Part shown: positions 1-12,325 of the stretch, piece by piece
Position numbering within the stretch: the first letter of the stretch is position 1
Layout of the letters: each line of letters begins with the position of its first letter
Assembly (NCBI GenBank): GCA_963761335.1
Contig: CAVXGR010000018.1
Coordinates: forward strand, 256,001-320,000
DNA length: 64,000 nucleotides
Source: an uncultured delta proteobacterium
GTDB lineage: Bacteria > Desulfobacterota > Binatia > HRBIN30 > BPIQ01
Direction of reading: 5' to 3'
Position numbers and translations under genes: made by a program
The notes under the pieces: generated by a model
Database searches by the model: none
Seen by the model: the letters and a program-made list of their open reading frames with translations, nothing else
Told to the model about the DNA's origin: nothing

Positions 1-378
1 CTCGGCGGCGTTCTTGGCGCGCGTGAAGCCGGTCTCAACGAAGGCGAAGCCGGCCTGCATGAACATGACCAGGAACCCGGTGAACAGCGTCCAGACGAAG
101 TTGATGGCGATCTTGTTGTGACCGACCATCTCGGCGACTTCCTGCAGAGTGGGATTGCCTGCTGACGCCGCGGTGACGTCGTTGATGGTACCCGTCGCCG
201 CGCCGCTGGGATCGCCCGGGCCGGCGATCGCGAAGTGGGCCGTGAGCAGCACGGCTGCCATTGCGGCTAGCACGCATCCGGCGCGAAGCCAGGCGAGACG
301 CGGCGAGCGGTCCGGAGACCTGGCGATCACGGCGTGATTGCTCGCGATCAACTCATCTACGCTCTCGTGGTTCGACAT
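1..378 (-). CDS. amt: Ammonium transporter (Amt), 5' part; continues past the left edge
   Basis: Manual translation gives INFVWTLFTGFLVMFMQAGFAFVETGFTRAKNAAE, the Amt N-terminal signature. ATG at 378 with an AGAGGAG RBS; lies downstream of P-II. Confidence 0.92.
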   Translation of the reverse strand, partial: MSNHESVDELIASNHAVIARSPDRSPRLAWLRAGCVLAAMAAVLLTAHFAIAGPGDPSGAATGTINDVTAASAGNPTLQEVAEMVGHNKIAINFVWTLFTGFLVMFMQAGFAFVETGFTRAKNAAE

Positions 379-460
379 CGCACACAACTCCTCTCGTGGG
401 CGCACACGGATTCTCTTTGATCGCTCGTGTGCGACTCGCCTCGTCTGCGGACGGGCAGAT

Positions 461-985
<525 letters not shown>

Positions 986-1350
986 TCAGCCCGGAAGGGA
1001 CCGGCGGCGATGGAGCTCGCCGGCGAGCGCGGCGGTCTCGCGGAAGAGGCCGGCCGTCGCCTGGACGGCTGTGTCGAGCTCCTCGACAGTGGCCCCGGGC
1101 GCTGCGGCGATCTCGCGAACGCGGCGACCAAAGGCCCGGGGTGCCTGCGTGAAGGCGTCGATCTCGTCGAGCGCCGTCTTGTTGTTAAGAAGGTAGGTGC
1201 GGTTCAGCGCGAAGAGGACGAGGACGAGCGAATGCATGGCGCGGGCGAGGCAAGCGGCCGTCATGAAGGGGTCAGCGCGTGCCGCGAACTTGCGCGCGAA
1301 GGCGGCGACGGCGAACTCCGCCTCCCAGAGGTGATCCTGGACGCGCTGCC
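986..1350 (-). pseudogene. C-terminal remnant of a nucleotidyltransferase/DUF4037-like gene
   Basis: Frame reads VQDHLWEAEFAVAAFARKFAARADPFMTAACLARAMHSLVLVLFALNRTYLLNNKTAL...; no recognisable N-terminal domain or start. Confidence 0.5.
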
Positions 1351-1554
1351 CGTCACAGCAGGGCCAGACAGCTGGTGCATTGAGTACTCCTGCTGACTCC
1401 TGCGCGGCCTGCCTGTCAAGAGCAACTCCTGAGGTTGCTCGGGTTGCCGCATGTGTAGCGCCTCACTGCTCGCTTGCCGAAGAACTAGGCACGGCGAGCC
1501 AAGGGGCACGTCTCGAGTGGCGACAGATTGTGTTGGCTGAGACTCATCCGTCGA

Positions 1555-1570
1555 TGGCACCGCGGTTGCT
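1555..1570 (+). promoter_or_regulatory. Sigma54 promoter of the second amt
   Basis: TGGCAC-CGCGG-TTGCT, a consensus match, about 65 bp upstream of ATG 1635. Confidence 0.85.
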
Positions 1571-1634
1571 GGGGGTACCGCGAAACGGCAGCTCGCCGGT
1601 TCAAAACAATTCGTCAGAATACAGGAGGGAGAGA

Positions 1635-3083
1635 ATGAGAGAGAGAAATCCGATTCGCCGAGTCTGGCTGGTGGGGCTGCTGCTCCTGGTGGCCTCGACC
1701 GCGCGAGCACAGGAAGGAGCCGAGGCGGCGGTTGTGTTTGACCCGGTGCTTGCCGACACGCTGTGGACGGTGCTCACCGCAGTTCTGGTGTTCTTCATGC
1801 AGGCCGGATTCGCGATGGTGGAAGGTGGCCTGACGCGAGCGAAGAACGCGTCCAACATCATGATGAAGAACCTCATGGACTTCTGCATGGGGTCGATCGC
1901 CTATTGGGCCGTAGGCTTCGCTATCATGTTCGGCGCCGGAAACGCGTTCTTCGGCTCGAGCGGCTTCTTCCTGCACGACTCGGGGGGCACCTTCGCCTCT
2001 CTCGACTGGACCAAGGTTCCGCTGGAGTGCAAGTACTTCTTCCAGCTCGTCTTCGCGGCCACGGCGGCGACCATCGTGTCCGGCGCCATGGCCGAGCGCA
2101 CCAAGTTCTCCGCCTACCTGGTCTACAGCTTCATCGTCAGCCTGGTCATTTATCCGATCGTCGGTCACTGGATCTGGGGCGGCGGCTGGCTGGCGTCGTT
2201 CGGAATGTGGGACTTTGCCGGCTCGACCGTGGTTCACTCGACCGGCGGATGGCTGGCCCTGGCGGGCGCCGCCGTGCTCGGCCCGCGCCTCGGGAAGTAC
2301 GACAAAGACGGCAAGGCGCGGCCGATCCTCGGCCACAATATGCCGATGGCGGCGCTGGGCGTGTTCATCCTCTGGTTCGGGTGGTTCGGCTTCAATCCGG
2401 GCAGCACCATGGCGGCCACCGCCTCGATTGCGCACATTGCGACTACCACCAACCTCGCCGCCGCGGCCGGCTCGATCGCCGCGATGTTCACGGCCTGGTA
2501 CATGTTCGGAAAGCCCGACACCAGCATGGCGCTGAACGGTGCGCTGGCGGGCCTGGTCGCGATCACCGCTCCCTGCGCCTTTGTCTCGGCGAGCAGCTCG
2601 ATCATCATCGGTCTCATCGCCGGCGTGGTCGTGGTTCTTGCCGTGACCTTCATCGAGCACACGCTCAAGATCGACGATCCGGTCGGGGCGGTCTCCGTCC
2701 ACGGCGTCTGCGGCGCGCTGGGAACCATCCTTCTGGGATTCTTCGCGCAGGATCAGTTCAGCCCCGGGACGACGGGCGACGGCCTGCTGTTCGGCGGCGG
2801 CTTCCACCTGCTGATCTCGCAGGTGACGGGAGCCTTCGCGGTTTTCGCTTGGTGCATGATCACCGGCTTTGCCCTCTTCGCGGTGATCAAGGCGACCATG
2901 GGCCTCCGCGTGTCGGCGGACGAAGAGATCGACGGTCTCGACATCCACGAGCACGGCAGCCCGGCCTATCCGGACTTCCAGCCCGTCTCCGATCACATTC
3001 CTCCGACCTCCTCCGGCGGCGGCACGCCGTCGGGAATGCCGCGGCCCGCGTACGCTGCCAGCGCCAAGGCCGTAGCCGGATAG
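1635..3083 (+). CDS. amt: Ammonium transporter (Amt)
   Basis: LVFFMQAGFAMVEGG, FFQLVFAAT, DFAGSTVVH, WFGWFGFN, IDDPVGAVSVHG (twin His). AGGAGG RBS. Confidence 0.96.
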   Translation: MRERNPIRRVWLVGLLLLVASTARAQEGAEAAVVFDPVLADTLWTVLTAVLVFFMQAGFAMVEGGLTRAKNASNIMMKNLMDFCMGSIAYWAVGFAIMFGAGNAFFGSSGFFLHDSGGTFASLDWTKVPLECKYFFQLVFAATAATIVSGAMAERTKFSAYLVYSFIVSLVIYPIVGHWIWGGGWLASFGMWDFAGSTVVHSTGGWLALAGAAVLGPRLGKYDKDGKARPILGHNMPMAALGVFILWFGWFGFNPGSTMAATASIAHIATTTNLAAAAGSIAAMFTAWYMFGKPDTSMALNGALAGLVAITAPCAFVSASSSIIIGLIAGVVVVLAVTFIEHTLKIDDPVGAVSVHGVCGALGTILLGFFAQDQFSPGTTGDGLLFGGGFHLLISQVTGAFAVFAWCMITGFALFAVIKATMGLRVSADEEIDGLDIHEHGSPAYPDFQPVSDHIPPTSSGGGTPSGMPRPAYAASAKAVAG

Positions 3084-3140
3084 CGAGACGCAACCCCGCC
3101 GCAGACGGTGCCCCCCTTTCGCCCTTGCTGCGGTGGGGAT

Positions 3141-3191
3141 GAAGCCCCGCCCTCGAACCGTGTTCCCGCGGCTTCGAGGGCGGGGCGTTTC
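3141..3191 (+). terminator. GC-rich hairpin downstream of amt
   Basis: GCCCCGCCCTCGAA...TTCGAGGGCGGGGC followed by GTTTC. Confidence 0.5.
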
Positions 3192-3268
3192 ACTCCCGCC
3201 TTTCACTTCCCCCTGCTGACTTCCCCTGGACTCCCCCGTCCCTTCGCTCGTATACAGGGAACGGGGGA

Positions 3269-5521
<2,253 letters not shown>

Positions 5522-5561
5522 AGTGAAGGCTCAGGAAAGCTCCCGCTCTGCCCGGTTCTCC

Positions 5562-5694
5562 ATTCTCATCCTCGGTTCTCATCCCGTCGTTTTCCATCCG
5601 CTCTGACCGCCGCGGGGACCCCAACGGCTCTGCTTTCGCTTCGGCGACCCGCGGAACAATGGAAAACGACGGGATGAGAACCGGGGATGAGAAT
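5562..5694. repeat. Long inverted repeat (family C, TTCTCATCCCGTCGTTTTCCAT), 36-bp arms
   Basis: Arms 5562-5597 and 5659-5694 are complementary at 35/36 positions. Half copies at about 22257, 52586 and 56944. Confidence 0.85.
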
Positions 5695-5735
5695 GAGAAT
5701 GTCGAAGACTCGAAGACGCTACTCGTCCTCGATAG

Positions 5736-6227
5736 TCAGGTCGCAGGGATACGCCGGCGCCCGGTGGCGAGCAGGAAGAGCAGCATCCCACAGACGAGCG
5801 CCGCGTCGGCGAGATTGAAGATACCGGTGTGCACGCCGCCGATCCCGAGGCGCACGAAGTCGCGCACGATGCCGTAGCTGACGCGATCGATGAGGTTGCC
5901 GAGGCCGCCGCCGAAGATCATGCCCATGGCGCTCACCTGCAATGCCGTGGCGCCGCGGTCGGCGAGAACGTAGACCGCCATACCGACGAGAGCACCCGCG
6001 GACAGCACCACGAAGAGAAAGAATCGCACCTCAGCCGACAGCCCGGCGCCCAGGCTGAGAAAGGCGCCCGAGTTCTCCACGTAGGAGAGGTGGAGGAGCC
6101 CGCCGAGAAGCGGTAGCGGCGGCTGGCCGGCGAGCCGCTGCGCCGCGATGGTCTTGGCGGTCAGATCGCAGCCGGCGCAGGCGCTGAGCACGATGCCGGT
6201 GAGCAGAACCTTCGACCAGAATCGCAT
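5736..6227 (-). CDS. lspA: Lipoprotein signal peptidase II
   Basis: ENSGAFLS, GGGLGNLIDR, VRDF, IFNLAD motifs. Confidence 0.93.
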   Translation of the reverse strand: MRFWSKVLLTGIVLSACAGCDLTAKTIAAQRLAGQPPLPLLGGLLHLSYVENSGAFLSLGAGLSAEVRFFLFVVLSAGALVGMAVYVLADRGATALQVSAMGMIFGGGLGNLIDRVSYGIVRDFVRLGIGGVHTGIFNLADAALVCGMLLFLLATGRRRIPAT

Positions 6228-6353
6228 CGACTGTCGCTTTTACGCGCCGCCGGTATCCCCGTCAATCGGGGAGGGCGGCCATCCTGGCCGCAAGCCCGGG
6301 CCGTGCTTTCAGGTTTGCGAGCCGTTCGCGGGGGCCGCTATACTCCTCTGGCT

Positions 6354-7748
6354 TTGCAGGCGAAAGCGGGACATCTCGGGGCTGTCATCCTGGCGGCGGG
6401 CAAGGGGACGCGCATGCGTTCGTCGCTGCCGAAGGTGGCGCATCGGCTCGCCGGGCGGCCGCTGATCGAGTATCCGCTGCGCGCCGTGCGGCGCCTCGGC
6501 GCCGATCCGGTGGTGGTCGTCGTCGGCCACGGGGCGGATCTGGTGCGCGCCGCCTGCGCCGGCTTCGAGGCCCGCTTCGCCGTCCAGGAGCAGCAGCGCG
6601 GCACCGGACACGCCGCTCTCTGCGCCCTGCCGCAGCTCGCCGGATATCGCGGCGAGGTGCTGCTGCTCTACGGCGACCTGCCGCGTCTCTCGGCGGAGAC
6701 ACTCGGCCATCTGGTGGAGAGCCACCGGCAGGCGGGGGCGGCGCTGTCGCTGCTGACGGCGCGTCTCGCCGATCCCTTCGGCTATGGCCGTATCGTGCGC
6801 GGCGGCGACGGACGGATCGTCGCCATCGTCGAGCAGCGCGATGCCTCTCCCGAGGAGCGCGCCATCGACGAGGTGAACGTGGGCATCTACTGCGCCGATG
6901 CCGAGTTTCTCGCCGGCGTGCTGCCGCGGCTGCGCCCGGAGAATGCCCAGAACGAGCTGTATCTCACGGATGTCGTTGCCTTGGCCGTGGCCGACGGCAA
7001 GCGGGTCGCCGACGCGGCCACGCCGCCGCACGAGGTGGCGCAGGTGAACTGGCGAGGAGAGCTGGCGGAAATGGAAAAGACCCTGCGGGCGGACAAGAAC
7101 CGCCAGCTGATGGAGAGCGGAGTCACCCTCGAGGATCCGGAGACGGCGTACGTCGACGCCGATGTCGAGATTGGCGCCGATACGGTGATTGGGCCAAACG
7201 TGCAGCTGCGCGGCCGCACCCGCATCGGCGAGCGCTGCCGCATCGACGGTACCGTCATCCTTCGCGATGCCCACATCGGCGACGACGTGCATCTGAAGCT
7301 CGGCGTGGTCATCGAGGACGCCGAGGTGGGCGCCGGATCCGAGATCGGCCCCTTTGCCCACCTGCGCACCGGGACGGTTCTCGCCGAGCGCGTCGTCATC
7401 GGCAACTTCGTCGAGACCAAGAAGGCGCGCCTCGGCAGCCGCTCCAAAGCGCGCCACCTCGCCTACCTCGGCGACGTCGAGGTCGGCAGCGAGAGCAACG
7501 TCGGCGCCGGCACCATCACCTGCAACTACGACGGCTTCCGCAAGCACCCGACGCGCATCGGCAGCCGCGTCATGATCGGCAGCGACTCGCAGCTGGTGGC
7601 CCCGGTGACCGTCGGTGACGACGCCTACATCGCCTCGGGAACCACGGTGATGAAGGACGTCCCCGCCGGTGCTCTGGCCTTCAACAGCAAGACCCAGCTC
7701 AGCCGGGAAGGTTGGGTCGCCGCTCGCCGGAAGAAAGAGAAAGAATAG
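6354..7748 (+). CDS. glmU: Bifunctional UDP-GlcNAc pyrophosphorylase / glucosamine-1-P acetyltransferase
   Basis: VILAAGKGTRMRS, GYGRI, ELYLTD, hexapeptide repeats, GTITCNYDG. Start uncertain (TTG 6354; ORF open from 6303). Confidence 0.96.
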   Translation: MQAKAGHLGAVILAAGKGTRMRSSLPKVAHRLAGRPLIEYPLRAVRRLGADPVVVVVGHGADLVRAACAGFEARFAVQEQQRGTGHAALCALPQLAGYRGEVLLLYGDLPRLSAETLGHLVESHRQAGAALSLLTARLADPFGYGRIVRGGDGRIVAIVEQRDASPEERAIDEVNVGIYCADAEFLAGVLPRLRPENAQNELYLTDVVALAVADGKRVADAATPPHEVAQVNWRGELAEMEKTLRADKNRQLMESGVTLEDPETAYVDADVEIGADTVIGPNVQLRGRTRIGERCRIDGTVILRDAHIGDDVHLKLGVVIEDAEVGAGSEIGPFAHLRTGTVLAERVVIGNFVETKKARLGSRSKARHLAYLGDVEVGSESNVGAGTITCNYDGFRKHPTRIGSRVMIGSDSQLVAPVTVGDDAYIASGTTVMKDVPAGALAFNSKTQLSREGWVAARRKKEKE

Positions 7749-7875
7749 TTTCTCGGTGGCTCGGTTATCGGGTTCGCGGGGTATCGGGTTTCGTAGCGCC
7801 GCTCAGGGCCCGCCCCTTCCGGGGATCCCACAACCCGAAAACCCGACAACTCGATAACCGAGCCACCGAGCCACT
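7749..7875. repeat. Imperfect palindrome of 8-nt units (GGTGGCTC/GGTTATCG type; family A)
   Basis: CTCGGTGGCTCGGTTATCGGG...CGATAACCGAGCCACCGAG; related copies at 17836-17929 and 35538-35745. Confidence 0.8.
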
Positions 7876-7937
7876 GCTGGGTGGTGTCTAAGTTGCCGAC
7901 CCGACCTTCCTGTTGTGCTTCCCCGGCTCGGGGAAAG

Positions 7938-8095
7938 GTCTCCTCTCCCCGCATTCTTTTTCGCGGGGAGAGGATCAAGGTGAGGGGTCCCTTTCTCACT
8001 GAAAGTCTATGATTTCTGCGACGTTCAAAGAGATCGGCGCCCTCACCCTGGCCCTCTCCCGCGAGAAGATGCGGGAGAGGGAACCCGCGCTCGCA
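7938..8095. repeat. REP-doublet module (CCCTCACCCTGGCCCTCTCCC type)
   Basis: Two hairpins; its reverse complement closely matches the core of both 289-bp units at 19276-19852. Confidence 0.85.
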
Positions 8096-8212
8096 CCGTC
8101 GTGAAGACAACCGCAGTCGCTGTCATTGGGGCATGTTCCCCGACTTGGGACAGTACTCACTGCTGCCCCCGCTTTGCCATAGCTTCAGGCGGCCGCTATA
8201 AGCGGAGTTGGC

Positions 8213-9442
8213 ATGTTCACCAGCTTCCGCCTCCCCCCGAAACGGCCGAGCGCGGTGTCCTCGATCGAGGAGTGCATCGCCGACGTTCGCGCCGGGAAGA
8301 TGGTCATCCTGATGGATGACGAGCACCGAGAGAACGAGGGGGACATCTGCATGGCGGCGGAGAAGGTGACCGCCGAGGCCATCAACTTCATGGCCAAGCA
8401 CGCCCGCGGCCTGATCTGCCTGTCGCTCACCGAGGAGCGCATTCGCGAGCTCGGGCTGTCGATGATGGTGGCGGAGAACCGCGCCCCGCTGGGCACCGCC
8501 TTCACCGTTTCCATCGATGCGCGCCACGGCATCGCCAGCGGCCTGTCGGCGGCAGACCGTGCCCAGACCGTGCGCGTGGCTCTGCGCGGCGATACCCGCC
8601 CCGAGGACCTGATCACGCCGGGACACATCTTTCCGCTGCGCGCCCGCCGCGGCGGCGTGCTGGTGCGCACCGGACAGACCGAGGGCGGCGTCGACCTGGC
8701 GCGCCTCGCCGGCCTCAGGCCGGCGGCGCTCATCTGCGAGATCATGAACGAGGACGGCACCATGGCGCGGCTGCCGGACCTGCAGAAGTTCGCCGCCGTG
8801 CACGGGCTCAAGATCTGCACGGTCGCCGACCTGATCCAGTACCGACTGCGCTGCGACTCGCTGGTGCACCGCGCCGCCGAGGCGCGCATCGACAGCCGCT
8901 ACGGCGGCGAGTTCAAGGCCTACGTCTATCACACCGACGTCGACGACGGCGAGCACATGGTGCTGGTGAAGGGCGATATCCGCCCGGACGAGCCGACGCT
9001 GGTGCGCGCTCATGCCGAGTTCCTCCCCGGCGACGTCTTCGCGCTCACCCAGCGCAACACCGGCGCGCTCTTGCACCGGGCGATGGAGGTGGTCGCCGCC
9101 GAAGGGAAGGGCGTCATTCTCTATCTGCGCCGCGACGGCCGCGGCGCCGAGCTCAAGGCCGCTGCCCGCCGCGGCAAGCACCGCGATCAGCCGAGCACCG
9201 ATCCGCAGACGCAGCGCATGGACTTTCGCGAGTACGGCGTCGGTGCGCAGATCCTGCGCGACGTCGGCGTCGGCAAGATCCGCCTGCTGAGCAACTCGCA
9301 GCGGCGCCTTGTCAGCCTGCCCGGCTACGGTCTGGAGATCGTCGAGGTGGTGCCGCTGTCGCTGTCGTCGCCCAAGCCGCGCGCCCGCACCACCCGGGCG
9401 GCCCGCGCCAAGATCCACCGGGTGACCAAAACGGTCGCCTGA
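8213..9442 (+). CDS. ribB: 3,4-dihydroxy-2-butanone-4-phosphate synthase fused to a degenerate GTP cyclohydrolase II domain (RibBX-like)
   Basis: DDEHRENEGD, PGHIFPLRA, GQTEG, ICEIMNEDGTMAR. C-terminal domain has RAHAEFLPGDVF and REYGVGAQIL but lacks the Zn-binding Cys residues. Confidence 0.92.
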   Translation: MFTSFRLPPKRPSAVSSIEECIADVRAGKMVILMDDEHRENEGDICMAAEKVTAEAINFMAKHARGLICLSLTEERIRELGLSMMVAENRAPLGTAFTVSIDARHGIASGLSAADRAQTVRVALRGDTRPEDLITPGHIFPLRARRGGVLVRTGQTEGGVDLARLAGLRPAALICEIMNEDGTMARLPDLQKFAAVHGLKICTVADLIQYRLRCDSLVHRAAEARIDSRYGGEFKAYVYHTDVDDGEHMVLVKGDIRPDEPTLVRAHAEFLPGDVFALTQRNTGALLHRAMEVVAAEGKGVILYLRRDGRGAELKAAARRGKHRDQPSTDPQTQRMDFREYGVGAQILRDVGVGKIRLLSNSQRRLVSLPGYGLEIVEVVPLSLSSPKPRARTTRAARAKIHRVTKTVA

Positions 9443-10345
9443 TCAGCGGCTCTCTGCCGATGGCTCCGGCGCTTCCTGCAAACCCAGCAGCTTGCCCGGC
9501 TCAAAGGTCCAGATGACGCCGCCGAGGAGGCCGTAGTTCTCGCTGCCGCTCTGCAAGCCGGCGCTGGCGCCGGCGTAGAAGGCGAGAGCACCGCGGCGAT
9601 ACTGCAGGCCGCCGCGCACCGAGGTGCGCTCGTTGCTGTAGCGCGAGCCGGTCAGGCCGGCGAGCTCGGCCATGACGCGGAGATGGCCGGCAAACGAGCC
9701 CGTAGCGCCGAGCGGTGCGCTCGCCGCGCCGAGCTTGTAGGAGAACAGATCGTCCTGGCCGCCGGCGGTGCTGGTGTTGCCCGGCAGATGTGTCCCCGGA
9801 TTGCCGATCAGATAGAGGCCGAGGTTGACGTTCAGCTCGAGCGGTCCGAGGTCCTTCGAGAAGAGCGTGTCGGCGAGGAAATCGGTCTCGTCGGTGCCGA
9901 GGCGGTCTCGGGCATTGGCGTCCGGGAGCTTGGTCCCGAAGCGCAGGCCGAAGGCGGGCCGCCAGCGGCGCTCGTGCAGAATGCGAACCTTGGTGAACAG
10001 CCGCGCGTCGCCCGATCCGTAGGTGGATGACGACCCGGCGCCGGGACCCGTCTCCTCCAGGCGCAGCAGCTCGTAGCTCGCCTGGATCTCGGCCCAGTCG
10101 CCGGCGCCGATGCGAAAGCTGAGCTGCGGTGCCTGCAGCAGCGTCTGATCGCCGACCTGCCCGGGCTGGGTGAACATCGGGAAGCGCAAGCCGTCGAAGT
10201 AGGAGACGCCGAGGATCGCTTCGGCGGTGCCGCTGGGAAGCGTCCTCGCTTCCTCGATCGTGAGGGGCAGGAGCGATGCCGCGGCGGCCGTGCCGGCGCA
10301 CAGCAGCCACAGGATAAGGGTCAGCGAGGAGCGGAACGTCGACAC
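9443..10345 (-). CDS. Putative outer-membrane beta-barrel (MetA-pathway/'transporter' family-like)
   Basis: Signal peptide; GSGDARLFTK, KLPDA, LGTDETD; alternating strands; aromatic residues near the C-terminus. GTG start at 10345 is inferred. Confidence 0.6.
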   Translation of the reverse strand: MSTFRSSLTLILWLLCAGTAAAASLLPLTIEEARTLPSGTAEAILGVSYFDGLRFPMFTQPGQVGDQTLLQAPQLSFRIGAGDWAEIQASYELLRLEETGPGAGSSSTYGSGDARLFTKVRILHERRWRPAFGLRFGTKLPDANARDRLGTDETDFLADTLFSKDLGPLELNVNLGLYLIGNPGTHLPGNTSTAGGQDDLFSYKLGAASAPLGATGSFAGHLRVMAELAGLTGSRYSNERTSVRGGLQYRRGALAFYAGASAGLQSGSENYGLLGGVIWTFEPGKLLGLQEAPEPSAESR

Positions 10346-10419
10346 GTTGGCGTGGGTTATACAGGGCGATGCAAATTTGCAAGTGCCTCGGCCGTGTGGA
10401 AGCATGTGAAGGCTCGCGA

Positions 10420-12168
10420 ATGCTGCCGCTTCTCTTCCTTCTGCTCTCCCTCGTGCTGTCTTCCCCGGGCACCTCGGTCGCCGCCGAGGGCAAGGTCCAC
10501 CTGCGCCTCGAGTTCTCCTCCGCGGCGCTCAGCCGCGGCGGCGGCACCGGCCTCGAGGTGATCGCCGAGATCGATCGCGGCTGGCACGTGCAGGCGCATC
10601 AGCCGAGCGAGAAGTTCCTCATCCCGACGGAGCTGACGGTGGAGGCGCCGCCCGGCATTCGCCTGGATCCGCCCCGCTATCCGCGGCCCGATACCGCCGA
10701 GTTTGCCTTCGCCTCGGGCAAGCGGCTGCTGGTCTACGAGGGCAAGCTCGGAATCTCGACGGCGCTCTACGTCCCTGCCGACTGGGCCGGGCGCGAGGCG
10801 CGCGTGGCGGCACGGCTGCGCTACCAGGCGTGCAACGACGAGTCGTGCCTGCCGCCGATGACTGCGGCGGTGGAGCAGGTGGTGCCGGTGGCCAGCGAGG
10901 CGAGCGCCGCCGAGCCGGAGGCTCGGGAGGGGGCCCGCCCGGCGACGCCGGTCGAGGGCGTGGCCGATGTGGGGCGATGGGTCGGCGAGTACGGCTACGG
11001 CGTCAGCTTTCTCCTCATCGCGCTGCTCGGCCTCGGTCTCAATCTCACACCCTGTGTCTACCCGCTCATTTCGGTGACTGTCAGCTTTTTCGGCGGCCAG
11101 TCGCACGGCTCGCCGCGCCGGGTCCTCGGCCTCGCACTCCTCTACGTCGGCGGCATCGCCATCACCTTCTCCGTGATCGGCGTGGCGGCGGCATTCTCCG
11201 GCGGCATCTTCGGGGCGGCGCTGCAGAAGCCGCCGGTGCTGATCGGCATCGCCGCCCTTCTCGTCATCCTGGCGCTGAGCTCCTTCGGGCTCTATCAGCT
11301 GCAGCCGCCGCCCTCGGTCATGCGCCTGGTCGGCGGCTCCTCGCGCGGGGCTCTGGGGGCGCTCTTCATGGGGCTCACCATGGGAGTGGTGGCGGCGCCC
11401 TGCGTCGGGCCGATCGTGCTCGGCCTGATCGTCTTCGTGGGCAGCCGCCAGGATCCGATTCTCGGCTTCTCGATGTTCTTCGCGCTGTCGCTCGGCCTCG
11501 GGCTCCCCTACGTGGCGCTGGCGGTGGGCGCCGGCTCGCTGCGCTCGCTGCCGCGTTCCGGCGAGTGGCTGGCGTGGACCGAGCATCTCTTCGGCTGGAT
11601 CCTGCTGGCCCTGGCGGCGTACTTCCTGACGCCTGTCCTGCCCCACGCCGCCGGCGTCTTCGTTCTGCCCGCGGTGATCGGCATCGCCGGGCTGGTCCTC
11701 GGATTCGTCGACCCGGCGGGATCGCGGCTGCGCCATTTCCCGGTGCTGAAGCGCGCCGTCGGCGTGCTGTTCCTGGCGATCGCCGTGTGGGCAGGGGTGC
11801 CGCGCCCGGTGCAGTCGGCCATCCAGTGGCGCGTCTACTCGCAGGAAGTGCTGGCGGCGGCGCGCCATGCCGGGGCTCCGGTGGTGCTCGACTTCGCGGC
11901 GCAGTGGTGTCTGCCGTGCAAGGAGATGGACCACACCACCTTCGCCGATCCGCGGGTCGCCGCGGCCGCCGAGAGCTTCCACATGGTGCGGGTCGACCTT
12001 ACCGACGAGAACGATGACACCGACGCCCTCACCGATGCCTACGACGTGCACGGCGTGCCGACGACGATCATCCTCGACGCCAGCGGCCGCGAGGTGAAGC
12101 GCATGGTCGGCTACGTGAAGACCGACGAGATGCTCGAGGCGATGCGCGCTGCCCATGCCTCGTCGTGA
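10420..12168 (+). CDS. dsbD: Thiol:disulfide interchange protein DsbD
   Basis: N-domain YQACNDESCLPP; membrane LTPCVYP and APCVGP; thioredoxin WCLPCK. Confidence 0.92.
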   Translation: MLPLLFLLLSLVLSSPGTSVAAEGKVHLRLEFSSAALSRGGGTGLEVIAEIDRGWHVQAHQPSEKFLIPTELTVEAPPGIRLDPPRYPRPDTAEFAFASGKRLLVYEGKLGISTALYVPADWAGREARVAARLRYQACNDESCLPPMTAAVEQVVPVASEASAAEPEAREGARPATPVEGVADVGRWVGEYGYGVSFLLIALLGLGLNLTPCVYPLISVTVSFFGGQSHGSPRRVLGLALLYVGGIAITFSVIGVAAAFSGGIFGAALQKPPVLIGIAALLVILALSSFGLYQLQPPPSVMRLVGGSSRGALGALFMGLTMGVVAAPCVGPIVLGLIVFVGSRQDPILGFSMFFALSLGLGLPYVALAVGAGSLRSLPRSGEWLAWTEHLFGWILLALAAYFLTPVLPHAAGVFVLPAVIGIAGLVLGFVDPAGSRLRHFPVLKRAVGVLFLAIAVWAGVPRPVQSAIQWRVYSQEVLAAARHAGAPVVLDFAAQWCLPCKEMDHTTFADPRVAAAAESFHMVRVDLTDENDDTDALTDAYDVHGVPTTIILDASGREVKRMVGYVKTDEMLEAMRAAHASS

Positions 12169-12172
12169 AGGT

Positions 12173-12228
12173 GGGGACAGGCTACTTTTGCCTGTCGAAC
12201 TCACCATGCAGGGATGTTGCCTGTCCCC
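12173..12228. repeat. GGGGACAGG REP-like palindrome (family B)
   Basis: GGGGACAGGCTACTTTT...GTTGCCTGTCCCC. Confidence 0.8.
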
Positions 12229-12325
12229 GCCTGGCCTTGTACCCGGCGACCCTTCCGGGTAAACTCTCCCCCATCGTGGTATTCGAATTGCTGCTGGGCG
12301 GTCTCCGGATTGCTTCCGTGACGCC

